Shown one piece after another: positions 1 to 12,700 of a stretch of DNA of 64,000 nt. The translations under genes were made by a program, and so were the position numbers. The notes below the pieces were generated by a model that was not told the origin of the DNA, ran no database searches, and saw only the letters and a program-made list of their open reading frames with translations. The stretch's first letter is position 1; every line of letters starts with the position of its first letter. Origin of the DNA: Phoronis australis (Eukaryota; Animalia; Phoronida); contig NMRA01000622.1 in NCBI GenBank assembly GCA_002633005.1, positions 30,344 to 94,343 on the forward strand, given 5' to 3'.

Positions 1-1009
1 GGGGGGGGGGGGGGGTGGGGGCCGGGCCCCCTGGGTGATGTTGATGACTTGCCTTGCCTTCTTCTTTTTGCTTGTGTAACACCCACTGCACAAAACAATA
101 GTTTGAATTTAATTGCTAATGACCTGGTGCACTGAATAGGGAACACATGCGGAATTGTTGGGTGGAGATGAAACCAGCAATGAGCTTGGAGCACCGTGTA
201 ATGAAAATTTGGAAAATATCCAGGATGGTACTATCATAACCACAGAGAACTGGCCACCGGTCATTACAAAATGTCCCTGGGGGTCTGATACACAAAACGA
301 GGGCCAAATCTTATCACCACCTCAGCACATGTTGTCAATGGTCAGGGGAGCAACCAAAATTTGTGGCGATGAAAGGGGCTCAACACTATTATGGCATACC
401 CCATTGGTTTTTACCTGTTTAGCACTCCTCCCATGTACCCCCCTGGCAGGGGATCAACACCCATTTGGCGCCCATTTTTTATTTGGTTTGCACTCCTCCC
501 TTCAATCACTATAATAAGGTAGTTCATGGGGGTACGAACTGCTATAAGGAATGATAATTTGGCTTATTAAGAACTCAAACAAGAAACAAAACCATGATGA
601 CCTTCGAAGGGAGCTTCAAGAGAATGAAAGCAAATGCACTTTAATACTGATTAAAACACAAATTTTCATTCTCATTCGATTATAAGTGGATGTTAGTTTA
701 CGTATTTCACCCATTTTCAATCACACAGTAATTATATTGCATGTCGAATGTCATTAAAGTATGAATTTATCAGTGTTTAAATGGTTCGGACTCCGCCACT
801 AAATGAGCGTTGCTTATTTGCCGCTTGTGGTGAACCGTGGCAAGATGGCGGAGTGAACACTTCTATTGTTCTACACTCCTTGAACGCATTGTTTTGCATA
901 AAGGCACATACGCATGTATCTACAAGATCAGCGTGCGCCTAACTGCGCAATTTTAGGCGCCTCGCGAAAAAACACCTTATTTCGCCAACTTGGTCTTAGA
1001 AAAGTACGG

Positions 1010-1212
1010 GGTGAGAATCCAATGAGAATTTTGGTCTTGCAAGTCTGAGTAAGAATCCAGTGAGAATTTCATCCTTAGAAAAACTCTGAGTGAGAATTGA
1101 GTGAGAATTTGTACTTGCAAAAACCGGAGTGAGAATTCAGTGAGAATGTAAGATAAACAAATACCCTCATTGGCTGTTCTTGTGGAAATTTCAGTTGGAC
1201 CAGATTTCTAAT
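1010..1212 (-). mobile_element. Fragment of the GTGAGAA-repeat MITE family (inverse copy of ~33510-33690)
   Basis: Reverse complement matches ccacaagaacagccaatgag...ttctcactg at 33541-33690. Confidence 0.75.
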
Positions 1213-1829
1213 TCAAACTAAAGTTTGCTGAACGGGCAAGCGGGACCTACCCTTAGGCGATTTACAGCACAACTGTAGGGAAAGATCACCCGCCAAAATC
1301 ATGCATTACATCTAATCTGTGACGCAGAGAGTATAAGAGAATTCTGCTTTTATCATTCATGTTTGACGCCAATGATCCATTTGATGGTGGCAGAACGAGA
1401 ATTGGTTAATACTCAAACAGGGTCTAGTATTGTTTTAACTCAATAATACTTAAATAAACTTATTAAAAATCAATAGTGCATGGCGACGTTTTCCGTTCAC
1501 TGACTATACCAGACGTAGAGGTTTGTGAGCGTGTGATAACAGTCTAGCTTCTTTGTCAACAGGCTTATTACAGACCACGTGTGAACACAATCAAACCCAG
1601 AGCGAATTGGTACATGTACCGGCCTAAGGAAAGAATAGATTGTCGTAACTTCGGTTGTAGTTGGGCGATTGATTTTGGCAATTGTGAAACTAAACATGAT
1701 CACCATTTGACGAGGATTTCAGAAATGCTATTGGTTTATGCTCAAATATGTTACAATTTAACTTTTAATTTAGCACCACAGCCCAGTCAGGCTAGATATG
1801 ATCTTACTGGAGATTAGAGCAATCATCGA

Positions 1830-2210
1830 ACAACGAAATTTAAAGAGAGCTGGCCCTCCATATCCAAAGGCCAGAATGGTGTTAATTAGACGTGTAAGAT
1901 ATTGGCTACAGAGGCGTTCTTCCCAACTCGTTGTTGGGCTATATAATCGAACAATGAGTTGGGAGCACTGAACGTGAAATTGCCATAATGGGTAAAGTTT
2001 TTTCTCTTATTCCGACTTAAAAATTGAGAGTAGTAATCTACTTCTACCAGTATGTGTTCTCTTATAGGTATAGACCCTATTAAGTCAACTGCAATTGTCA
2101 CGGTCCGGTGGGCATTTCTGTTCGCGACATCGGTTGTACAGTTTGTTGAACTCTCAGACCACTTGACATGACTTGCAAACGCGCTTCGCCGCAGCCCATT
2201 CCAGTGCACC
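1830..2210 (-). mobile_element. Decayed Ty3/Gypsy LTR-retrotransposon integrase fragment
   Basis: Across frameshifts: VCKSCQVV (Zn-binding CxxC), PMSRTEMPTGP*, IAVDLIGSIPIREHILVEVDYYSQF (cf. W..IAVDLLGPLPSGEHLLVVVDYYSR) and TPFWP. Confidence 0.65.
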
Positions 2211-2269
2211 CCGGTATAGAAATGGTTGTCTGACGGTGTACTCTTGGTGTGGCCCCTAGCGCAGACCTG

Positions 2270-3080
2270 GAGGCCAAAACTGAGTTAACTTGATATATTC
2301 GACTGGTACCAGCCAAAACTGATTGAGGGCGAACAATCCGGCCTGTCGCACTAAACACTGAATGACCCCATGGCAGACAAATTGCACTTTGGAAAGGTTC
2401 CAACAGAAACCCAAAAAGGATGCCTGAAAATGAGCTAGCTCATACGTTTAAGGAATAACAACAAACAATTCCATATGATTCAACACACGCAACTGACCAC
2501 TGAATTCCCTATGGCGGACAAAATACACTCCAGGTTGTGCCCGCCAGAAACCGACAAACATCTTATAAACAGGCGGCTAATCGAAGTTTGACCTCAGTTA
2601 GATTAGATATTAGGGGTAGGCCTACCGGCCAAAACTAATTGAAAACGAACAGCTGTGTCACATTGAACAGCGAATGACCCATGACAGATTTGCACTGTGG
2701 TAAGCCTGGGCCTTCCAGAAACTCGGCCGCCAAAAGCTCCATTCAAGGAAACACAAAAAACATGCAATTCCATATGATTCAGTACGTTCCACTGCACGAC
2801 TAAATTGTCTATGCTGCTAAAAATGTGAGCTTGATTATATATTTGACTGAGGTGTCGGTCAACACTAAGTTGAAACGAACACTCTTACCGCACTGAACAT
2901 AAAGGATCCGCCAGAAACTAAAACAGGACCCCAAAATGATCTAGTTCGTATAATCGAGGTAACACAAAAGTAACACTACCAATACACGCCACTTACCACT
3001 AAATGGCCTAGTGACAGACTTATATGAGTCTCCGGGCAGATGTGCCCGTCAGAAACTCCCAAAAACTCGCACATCAATAT
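2270..3080 (-). repeat. 2-3 degenerate copies of a ~300-bp unit also found inside the DNA transposon at 59407-61044
   Basis: cactgaatgaccccatggcagacaaattgcact (~2357) and gaatgacccatgacagatttgcact (~2673) are reverse complements of agtgcaatttgtctgtcatgggtcattc (~59765, ~60066). Confidence 0.75.
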
Positions 3081-3822
3081 TTCCACAATATATTGGACAA
3101 TGGGCTTTACGTCCGTAATCAACTGTGATATACAGGAAAGTAGAGCCAATCCGTATATCACGGTAAAGGCCGTATTCAACGGCAGAAGTTACATTTCGAT
3201 CACGGTTGGTGTGCAGTCTGCTGGTGGAGTAAATTCGAGTGTACAGCGACAAATTTTATTGGGTTCAATCATTTGGGTGACCTAAATCATTAAGCCAAGG
3301 AATCGTTCCTGAAAAAGCAGTTTTACTGCCCTAAAAACAGAAAAGAGTTTACCGATGAAAATTCCGACGCACGGTGATCAGGCGCCGGGCCGCGCTGAAG
3401 TTTCAATCTGGGTCATAGGTCAAGCAAGTAGCGTCACAGACCAGCAAAATCAGCCAAAATCTGATTCAAATCCAACGAAAACGTTCGTTATAGACCCTAT
3501 TCACGCCGACAGGAGGCGCGTTCCAAAACGAGGCTCGCTACGATAGCTGTGTTAGCTTATCGGCATAGGAGTCTGTGTTTCAGTCCGTGTTGTTCCCCAA
3601 ACGGCTAGAAAAAAATACGTACACGCTTCACAATCTCTAAAGACTTTTAGATTCGGAAGCGTTGGGTCGTTGCCATACGCCGACGAAGCAAAATATGTCC
3701 GTGTAAAATAAATGTTTTCGAAAAGTTAGATCATATTTTGTCTCATCTCGGTCAGTTGTCAAGCATCATAGTAACGACCAGAGAATGGGCCAGCCAGGTT
3801 GTATTTTCATGACTACGGATTT

Positions 3823-4608
3823 NNNNNNNNNNNNNNNNNNNNNNNNNNNNNNNNNNNNNNNNNNNNNNNNNNNNNNNNNNNNNNNNNNNNNNNNNNNNNN
3901 NNNNNNNNNNNNNNNNNNNNNNNNNNNNNNNNNNNNNNNNNNNNNNNNNNNNNNNNNNNNNNNNNNNNNNNNNNNNNNNNNNNNNNNNNNNNNNNNNNNN
4001 NNNNNNNNNNNNNNNNNNNNNNNNNNNNNNNNNNNNNNNNNNNNNNNNNNNNNNNNNNNNNNNNNNNNNNNNNNNNNNNNNNNNNNNNNNNNNNNNNNNN
4101 NNNNNNNNNNNNNNNNNNNNNNNNNNNNNNNNNNNNNNNNNNNNNNNNNNNNNNNNNNNNNNNNNNNNNNNNNNNNNNNNNNNNNNNNNNNNNNNNNNNN
4201 NNNNNNNNNNNNNNNNNNNNNNNNNNNNNNNNNNNNNNNNNNNNNNNNNNNNNNNNNNNNNNNNNNNNNNNNNNNNNNNNNNNNNNNNNNNNNNNNNNNN
4301 NNNNNNNNNNNNNNNNNNNNNNNNNNNNNNNNNNNNNNNNNNNNNNNNNNNNNNNNNNNNNNNNNNNNNNNNNNNNNNNNNNNNNNNNNNNNNNNNNNNN
4401 NNNNNNNNNNNNNNNNNNNNNNNNNNNNNNNNNNNNNNNNNNNNNNNNNNNNNNNNNNNNNNNNNNNNNNNNNNNNNNNNNNNNNNNNNNNNNNNNNNNN
4501 NNNNNNNNNNNNNNNNNNNNNNNNNNNNNNNNNNNNNNNNNNNNNNNNNNNNNNNNNNNNNNNNNNNNNNNNNNNNNNNNNNNNNNNNNNNNNNNNNNNN
4601 NNNNNNNN
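3823..4608. other. Assembly gap (786 N); single Ns also at 17140 and 46135
   Basis: Directly visible. Confidence 1.
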
Positions 4609-5329
4609 AAAAAAGTAACCCTGCATCCAGCATAACACCTAATCCGTAACACTACGATCGCCGCAATTTGGTCATATTTACTTTTCATGTTTCGAACCTA
4701 GTTTTCCGAAAAAAATTAAACCCTTTCGTCAGACAACTCTTTGACGCCTTAACATGTTCTCTAATGTAATTTTCTACGTCTGTGTGGTTTACTTGTTGAC
4801 ACATTATTAAAATTCAATATCTAGGTTGGACTCGAAAGACCGGCTATTTAACTCACGCAATGTCTACTTTCGCATTGTTTATCGCAGTGAGCCTCGCTTT
4901 GGATTTTAATGTCCGCCGCGTGAATAGAGCCTATGGATGCATACAGTATGCACCGGCTGAGAGCTAAGGTCTGGTTATTATATGTTACACGTACGTTTGA
5001 AAGCTATTTCTCCCGGCGTCGCTCTTCATTTGTCTTGCTATCATTCCGATGAGGATTAGAATAGCATCCGCGTCAGAGGCACTTGATTAGTGAAAGGCGA
5101 GAAGCGTGTCGACTTCATCAGGACATGGATAATTGTAGATTAAGGTGGCTAGAGACAATTTATCCACATAGCTTCAAATCAATGGACCAATTTTTGAGAC
5201 CTGCAGGTGACGTTAGTCAAATTTCTGGCAACACTTCATACTGTTCGATTTGTCAGGCTGGGGTGTGGCATTTAAATAGTATGCGCGATCTGCTACTTCA
5301 GTACGTTAGTCGATTAGCGATTGGTCTGA

Positions 5330-6600
5330 ACGGCAACATGAAATATCTGGGCAAAGTGAACGGCTGCAGCCTGTGACATCACAAACACCAGGGACACAGT
5401 GGCCCTGTTAAGGGAGAGTCTGAAGAAGATTAATGGGTGCCGCACTTCGTCAGGGAAGTTAAAGTTGTGGTGTTATCAATTTGGTTTAATGCCAAAGATC
5501 TCATGGCTGCTATGGGTTTAGAGGATTCCAATATCAACAGTCGAGCCTATGGAATGGGAGGCAAACTAGCTTATCAGGAATAGGTTGGGGGTGCCAGTGA
5601 GCTCCACGTCTGTTGGATTAAATAATAGGACGGCAACACTATCCCTTCAACTGAAAGGTCTGGTTAAAGACTTCAAGTTGTCAAAAGGAAGAGAAGTTCT
5701 TACAATCGGAGACGTCACAGACAGATTTGTCCGTTTATCAGAGGTTCAGGAATCAGCAGGCCGAAAGTGGACCCGACAAGTGGCAGTGAACAGAGCAGAG
5801 AGCCGCCTCCGGAATATGGACATAGGTGGCACGGTCTGCTGTGGTCGACAAGTTCCGGGTTTGGCACCATCCACTTGACTGAAGGCGACAAAAGGGAAGT
5901 AGAAGCAAGACATGGAACTCAAGGAGATTCGTGAAGAGGAGGAAGAGAAGGACGTCGCTCGAACAGTTGATATGAATAAACAAGGGGAGTGAACTACTTG
6001 GAAGGAAGTGCTTGGGAAGAGAATCACAGCAACGCACCGTCTCCACATGGAGCAGCAAAGGTTGAGGTTTAATTACGCTCAGTGTATGGCACCCTACCAC
6101 CGAGGAGCAACCTTAAGTTATAAAGAAAAGGAGAACGATAGATGCAGCAGCTGCGGTAAATTGGATTCCTAACAACATGCCCTCCCCAGTTGCAGGGTGG
6201 TCCTGGTGGAGGGGAAGTACACGTGCTGGCATAACAAGGTACCCACTAGACCTGGAGAGAAGAATCAAGCGGAAGGCAGTGAAGAATTTTATCCATTTTA
6301 CGGCAACTGGCTGCAAGAGGCCTGTAACGCAAGGGGATTTTTTTCACATGGCCAATGATTGGTACATGGAGGCTGCAGATTTGTGGAAACAAAGCAGATT
6401 CTCTACCTTTATAGCTTCAACATCTTTAAGACCTGACATTGTTTTGAGGTCAGACACACCGGAGGTGGTAGTCTTGGTGAATTTAATTGGGCCATGGGAA
6501 ACTAGGATACGGGAAGCCCAGGAGAGTACAGCTTTGAAGTACAGCGAGCTATAGGCCATGAGTGTTCGAGAAATCAGTGGAAGTGTAGGTCCCGGACTCG
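5330..6600 (+). mobile_element. 5'-truncated, frameshifted non-LTR retrotransposon with restriction-like endonuclease (HERO/NeSL-type RLE)
   Basis: GRKWTRQVAVNRAESRLRNMDIGG, KQGE*TTW, SVYGTLPPRSNL, TCWHNKV (cf. YTWRHNQV), and RPDIVLRSDTPEVVVLVNLIGPWETRIREAQE..ALKYSEL (PD-(D/E)xK RLE, cf. RPDIVLWS...IELTVPWE..K.KY). Confidence 0.85.
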
Positions 6601-6659
6601 TCGCCATCAGTCCTCAGCTTCCATAGGAAAACATCTGGTTAACCTCGCGAGCGCGTGAA

Positions 6660-6742
6660 GTTCCTGCAAGGAGTAAGGAGATACAGCAGCGGACGCCGGA
6701 CGGCCATATGCACCCACATATGTATATGAAGACGCATACAAA
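6660..6742 (-). mobile_element. Terminal fragment of the HINE (Helentron-type) family
   Basis: ggagatacagcagcggacgccggacg...tatgcacccacatatg matches the element ends at ~17380-17488 and ~28640-28716. Confidence 0.6.
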
Positions 6743-8545
6743 TCACCCAGAAACTTTCTTGCCTTCACACGTACTGATGGGTAAAATGTACCCATGTACA
6801 AATTGTGTGGTTGTATAAGTAGAGGTAGGCACTGGTGTACCCACGTGACCATTACCATGTGAAAATTACAAAAGGTGGTAAGCTATGTAATGTATTGACC
6901 ATTTATACCATAACACAAGACAAAAACGTTGTGGTAAAGCACTGCCTAACTTGGTCTCAATCACAAGTAACAATTATATCTCCAAAGCATTGAAACGCTG
7001 AAATTAACGCGTCAGTACAACATAGCCTACAAACATATCAGATAAAACAGCTCAAAATTGGAAAAAGGTAAAAAGTGATCAAAATAACCAGAAAATCCAA
7101 CACATGAAGTAAAAGTACGGACTACCAGAACAGACAAATAATTAATCTTTATCAAGTAACTGAGTCAGTGGGATTTAAAGCCCAGTTTTCCTCACTGTGG
7201 GCAAATTTTGAGATAAGCCAAATCCAACCATCCCATGACCCCGGTTCAGACATCCTCTTATTTAGGGGTGTCCTCCACAACCCTACTAAACATGTCAACT
7301 CAAGGTAGATAGTAAGTACTACTAGTTTTCTTGTCATTCAACATTATATCCTCACTAACGGACCACTGTAATGGCAGCTATTTTGGTAGGGTACCCTCGG
7401 TTACAAGCATACTGTGAAACATTATAAATTCTGATTAGGCGATATCTCTTCAAACTCCTAATGAACTAGTCTTGGTTAAGCACACAGGAAAAAGTGAAAG
7501 GCAGTCACGCTACCATGACAACTATTTCTAAGATTTTGCACACATTCTGACCTAACTCCTCTTTCAGTGGACCTGTTTCAATGCATTAAAATGTACTTTG
7601 TAGGAATTCGCTCTTGTGCTGGTTACACTGTCCCTGGTGAAAGTAAAGTATAAGGATTTTTAACTTTAATTGGCTTCACTGTTCCTGGTTACGAACAATG
7701 TAATTTTTATGAAGTTTCTCCCTTTAACAGTTCCCACTGATTGTCTTCACTTGTTTACCTCAAAGTGTTTAAAACCACCATTTACCTTGTTTTGACAAGT
7801 GACTACACTGTTAGCATCAGTAAATGGCACTGCACATCACAATCATGAATTCGATATCCCAAAAACAGGAAATAGAAGAAAGAGCGACTTCACTGGACTG
7901 AAAGTTTTGTAGCTCCATGGACAAGCGAGTGACAAATGAGTATACTACGCGCCAGCGGGTCAGGTATACCAACCCACTAGTTTCTTGTACAAACATTTGT
8001 CATAACCGAGATTCTCTGATGTCCCATGGAAAAGTGAAGGGCCACATCCTGGTCAAGTACCAAGTTGTCCACCACAAATGCAGCCCCGTGCCATTCCTCG
8101 TTCTGTACTATAAATTAGGGGTGGCCCTATAGTCATTGGGCTGAAAAGCCCTTCACATGGTCTTTCATCCCTAATTCACTATCCAATTTTTGATTTTGTA
8201 TTTTGTAGGACATGGAATAAACCACCACTACAGGAAAACGGGCAGCAATATCTGAGGACTCTTGCATTAAACACAGTGAAGGATGACTAGCTGTGATTGG
8301 TTGTCAAGATCAATGACCTAAGGTCATTGTCCCTATTTTAGGTAGTATGTATCAACCAACAAATACTCGATCAGCTAATAAACACATGGTTAGTTAGTGC
8401 TTGAGATGTTCTAATTTGACAGCTGATCGACTGGTGGGGTTGTCTGGAGCTTTGATACAAAATTGTTGATTTTAAGCACTTGAATTACACAATGAGTCTA
8501 ATTAATAAGTCATATTTATGCAATGTTGGAAACATTGATGTTCAA

Positions 8546-8806
8546 CTGTTCTGGAAGGCACACCCGGAGGAGCAAGACTGTCTACTGAAGGCACACCTGG
8601 AGGAGCAAGACTGTCTACTGAAGGCACCAAAGTCTAGTAAAGGTACCCCAGGAAGGGCGTGACTAACTACTGAAAGCACCTAGGACGGGCACGATTGTCT
8701 ATTGAAGGTACCTAAAGAGGGACATGACTAACTACTGAAAGCACCCCAGGACGGGCATAACTGTCTACTGAAGGCACCCCTGGATGGGCATGACTGTCTA
8801 CTGAAT
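8546..8806. repeat. 33-bp minisatellite, ~8 copies (ctactgaaggcacacctggaggagcaagactgt), ~650 bp downstream of the stop codon
   Basis: Direct tandem copies with divergence. Confidence 0.9.
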
Positions 8807-9449
8807 GCCCAATCCCACTAGTTACAGACTGAATAATACTTAAATTTACCTTGCCACATTAAAGCCCACTTTTCAATTTTATGACTAATCTCCTATTATA
8901 AAACTTATAACTTAAGACTAGCATCATTTCACTTATTGAACATCAATTAATGACTACTTTGTACATAACAATAATTACAAACTGTCAAGTGGAAGGTATA
9001 CCTACAGTGTGAATATCGAGCACTTCCGTGACCAAACAGGAAATGGACGGATAACCATTAGTAGAATATATGCCAATACCACATAAAGCTTGTAATGACT
9101 AGAGGATGAACAGCACTCTCACAATGTCACAACACAGTGCCTACTGCAATAAGCAGTTCCTCCCTTCATTTTAAGACCTCTTTGCAGGTCATTTTAAGCA
9201 ATATCTTGCATAACATACAACATTTAACAATTTTGATAAGACTTATATCTTGTGCAGTTGTTCACTTGCTTTGTTACATTAAATTTCAAATTGTTGAGAA
9301 GACCGTGCAGTCTGAAATAGTTGCACAGCTATTGTTGCAAAATGCTAATTAGACTTCTCACAGAAATGTGGACAGTTGAAACTGAAGTAGAGCCTTTACT
9401 CTATTCCTTGACAGGAACATCTCCATGGTAAGGACTGTACTGTTCAGTT

Positions 9450-9736
9450 TTAACCTTGACCATTTTCATGGTTACCAGGCAAAACATTCTCCCCTGGCAA
9501 CAAGTATGTGGGTGGTATACTAAAGAATATGTAAACAGCCACAGCGAGGGTGCAGATGAAGATGAGATTGACATTGAGGAAGGTGCGTGCGAGGGGGTTC
9601 TGCTGCAGAGTGGAGATCTGTGCCAAGTGCTGCTGGTTCTCCATCGCGTGCTTGTGACCTTGCATATCTGTGTCGATACCACAGAACCAGATAAAGCCAC
9701 GCTGCAACATGCGACCCATTTGCACACGACAGGAGT
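9450..9736 (-). CDS. SLC5A3: Terminal coding exon (SCRVQMGR...WFCGI...[23 protein letters not shown]...GQG*)
   Basis: TTGTAG| acceptor; WFCG motif and final TM helix typical of SGLT/SMIT C-termini; TAA at 9450-9452. Confidence 0.88.
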
Positions 9737-12700
9737 CTACAACCAAAAGGTAATAATGTTAACAGAATTTCATGATGAATGCTGGCAAATGACTGTTAGA
9801 AAAAGTGATATAGGTCATGGGAAATGTTTCGGTTAAGAAGGACTCCAGAATAAATAACATTGAAATTTGATACATCAGATCTCAGAAATAGCTAATCACA
9901 CTGTCTGATAAGAAGCTTTCAGACACCATAGTTTACCCACTGTTTCCCAAAATTGTAATTTTCCACTTTTGCAAGAAAAGCTAACAAAAACTAGGACTTC
10001 AATAAGTATTATGAAAAAACTCTAGAAGTTGAATAGCATGAAAATATCAAACAATAAAACCCAGTTTCTTGAGATTTCATCTTACCATTGTTTTAACTAT
10101 ACATACCTTACGTTTTTACATTTTTGCTATTAAATTTTACAGAAAGACAAGATCACATGACCTTACTACTAATGGCCGACTGGTAAAATGCCAAAAAATC
10201 AAGTTCAGCACAATTCTACTTTGCCCTAATACTGACAAAATTTGTAGATATTTGGTTTCATTTTAATAGACAGACTTACAGATAAGTTGGTACATGACAT
10301 AAAGGTTAAATAGGACTTTATAGAGTAGAATGTGTATTTAGCTAGTACACATTTTCAAAATTATAGACTGGATAGTCTGCATATGGGGTACAGCTCGAAT
10401 CTAATATGTGACCCATACACACATCCACCACCGGACAGCTACCTGTAGATGCCATGCATCATTATGGTCACTGGTTCTTGTGTTTCATTTACTTATCACG
10501 CTGTTTATTTTCGGTAGCAGTACATCTTTCGCCGCTGTGACTAGGTTACTTTTAGTAAGCCGGTTCATTCCAGTGGTTACAATAGCATTTGCATAGACAA
10601 ATAGTAGCTTGACTGGCTGGCTATTATAAATAATTACATATTAGCTTCTGTATGTTACGTGGATTTTTGGTGACTAGCGTTTCTCGAGTATAGCGACATT
10701 CGTTGACAAGATTAGTAACGCTAATCATGTGTTTTCCTCGGATGCTGGAATTTTTATATTAAGCACAGACTGTCGGCCAAACTGTTGTAAGTACTGAGTA
10801 TTATGGCACAGCATGTTGTACTGTGTATCTACTAGCGAAGTTCAGAGCGTGTATAGTTGTTATTTAACGTATAGTTTCATTCAGATGCTTGTTTGGCGTA
10901 TATGTTGGGCGGTACCTGGTTCATGGGGTAAGTAGTTACGAGTCGCAGTTAGGTAGTTGTTTGTGTATGGTAATGGTTCCCAGTTGTAGAATAGACAGTA
11001 CGGGTTCCAGTTCATTGTCTATTGTTAGTGAGGTAATACTCGTTAGGCCTGTAATATAAAGTCATTATCACGGGTTTTTTAACACTGATATATAGTGTTT
11101 GTTAATTAGTTAGTACGCTTGTTTGCCGAGTACTCAGACTGTGCTTTTTTCTTTCTTGCAGATAACCGCTTGTTCGTTTTCACGTTTTCAATCCTTTTTC
11201 AGTATCTATTTTCAACGTGTCTTCGGTATCTCTTTCAACGTTTGTTCGGACACTCTTTCATCGCCTGCAATTCCATCATTTGCCAATGCTGCACCGAATA
11301 AGGTGTGTTATACAAACGGCCTCTCCAGTTATAACTTTCAACTCATCCCTGTAGCCAGACGCGGCTACACTACCTAATGACATCTAAGTCACTCACCCCA
11401 TCCGTCACAGTGCCACCTACATGGAAATGTGGCCCAGCGAAACTAATGATCGACAGACAGAATTACATGTGTTGCGCATCAGTGCACAGGACGTTTGTCG
11501 TATAGATTTAGTACCAGAGCCTGAAAAGTGAATCAATTTGCTGCTTTGTTGGACACCTTGTAATTCTGCATGCGACAAAAGCACTAGCTTATGTGGAATA
11601 CATCAACTTACAATAGTCTCCTCTTGTGGTTGCCTTTCTAAATAGATGATTTGAAGCAGTCTACTGCAGATGCATTTTTCTACATCACCAATAGCAACGT
11701 CTAAATGTTATTTTTCACCCTATTGCAATGACTGTTACTTATTCTCATATTAACCAACATTTTACGCAACCAATCCACGGTGCTACCTTTCGTAGCACTG
11801 ATAAAGAGTGTACCTCCCCATAGTTTACCTTCTTCCTGTGTCACTGTCTGTGTAACTCCCATCAGTTTCTGAGCTGAGTCTTCAGTCATAGTTACTTTGG
11901 TCACGCCCTCCACAATCTGTTGAGGATATTAATGCATATACCTAATAATAAAACTTTACTGACAGTATTAAGGCCACCAGACCTAATACATGTACATATC
12001 ATTCAGTGCCCGAATATGACAGCTATCATCAGGTACAACCACAAAAATAATACATCAAGGTGTGAGCATTTCTCGTCTTGCAAAAGTACTAATAGACAAC
12101 TGTCCGGCTAATTTCCATCCGTTATGTTCAGGCATAATATTTACAAAAATTTCTTGATTTACAAGCCTTGGAAAAATACCATACTTTGTTCTCAAATCAG
12201 CCTAATGTGCAGGACAATCAAGTAAAAAATGAATTTCATCTTCAACTACTCACTAATTGAGTTAAACTTCCCAAGGCCATATGGCTGGACCCTGCGATTT
12301 GTCATTCCATTATTAGGCAGACCATCGCAGGGTACAGCAACAGAACATGTAGCTTAACATCACGAGGGACACCAGGATAACGTCATCCTTAGTGGCGGGG
12401 ATCTCAGATCGGGTTAAATCTGACATGAGGGCCACGATATCTCCGTTTTGTTTAAACCCATGAACACAATAAGAATTAAGCCAGTCAACGAATGCCAAGG
12501 ATAAGACCGCGCGACAAAAAAATCCAATGTTGTGTATGGTATTTCGAGCTCGGATTCAGGATGTGAGGAAACATTTATCAGTGAAACCAAGCGAGCCCTG
12601 AAAAGTCAGGTCAGTCAACATTGCAGACCCAGTTAAGCAGATTGTTGCTAGGGATACTCAACTCACAAGACAGGAGTCGAGTCGTATCTTAGTCTGAGTT

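Noticed and set aside
155-514. 119-aa plus-strand ORF
   Set aside because: No recognisable domain or splice context; lies next to a poly-G, repeat-like stretch.
3752-4688. Five long ORFs of ~280-290 aa
   Set aside because: Artefacts of reading through the N gap.
8480-8662. ORF with KAHPEEQDCLL repeats
   Set aside because: Translation of the 33-bp minisatellite; later units contain stops.
9456-9836. 126-aa plus-strand acidic ORF
   Set aside because: Antisense shadow of the terminal SLC5 exon.
12169-12179. TonE/NFAT5-like site TGGAAAAATAC (mammalian SMIT1 is TonEBP-regulated)
   Set aside because: A short degenerate consensus expected many times by chance in 64 kb of AT-rich DNA; no clustering seen.
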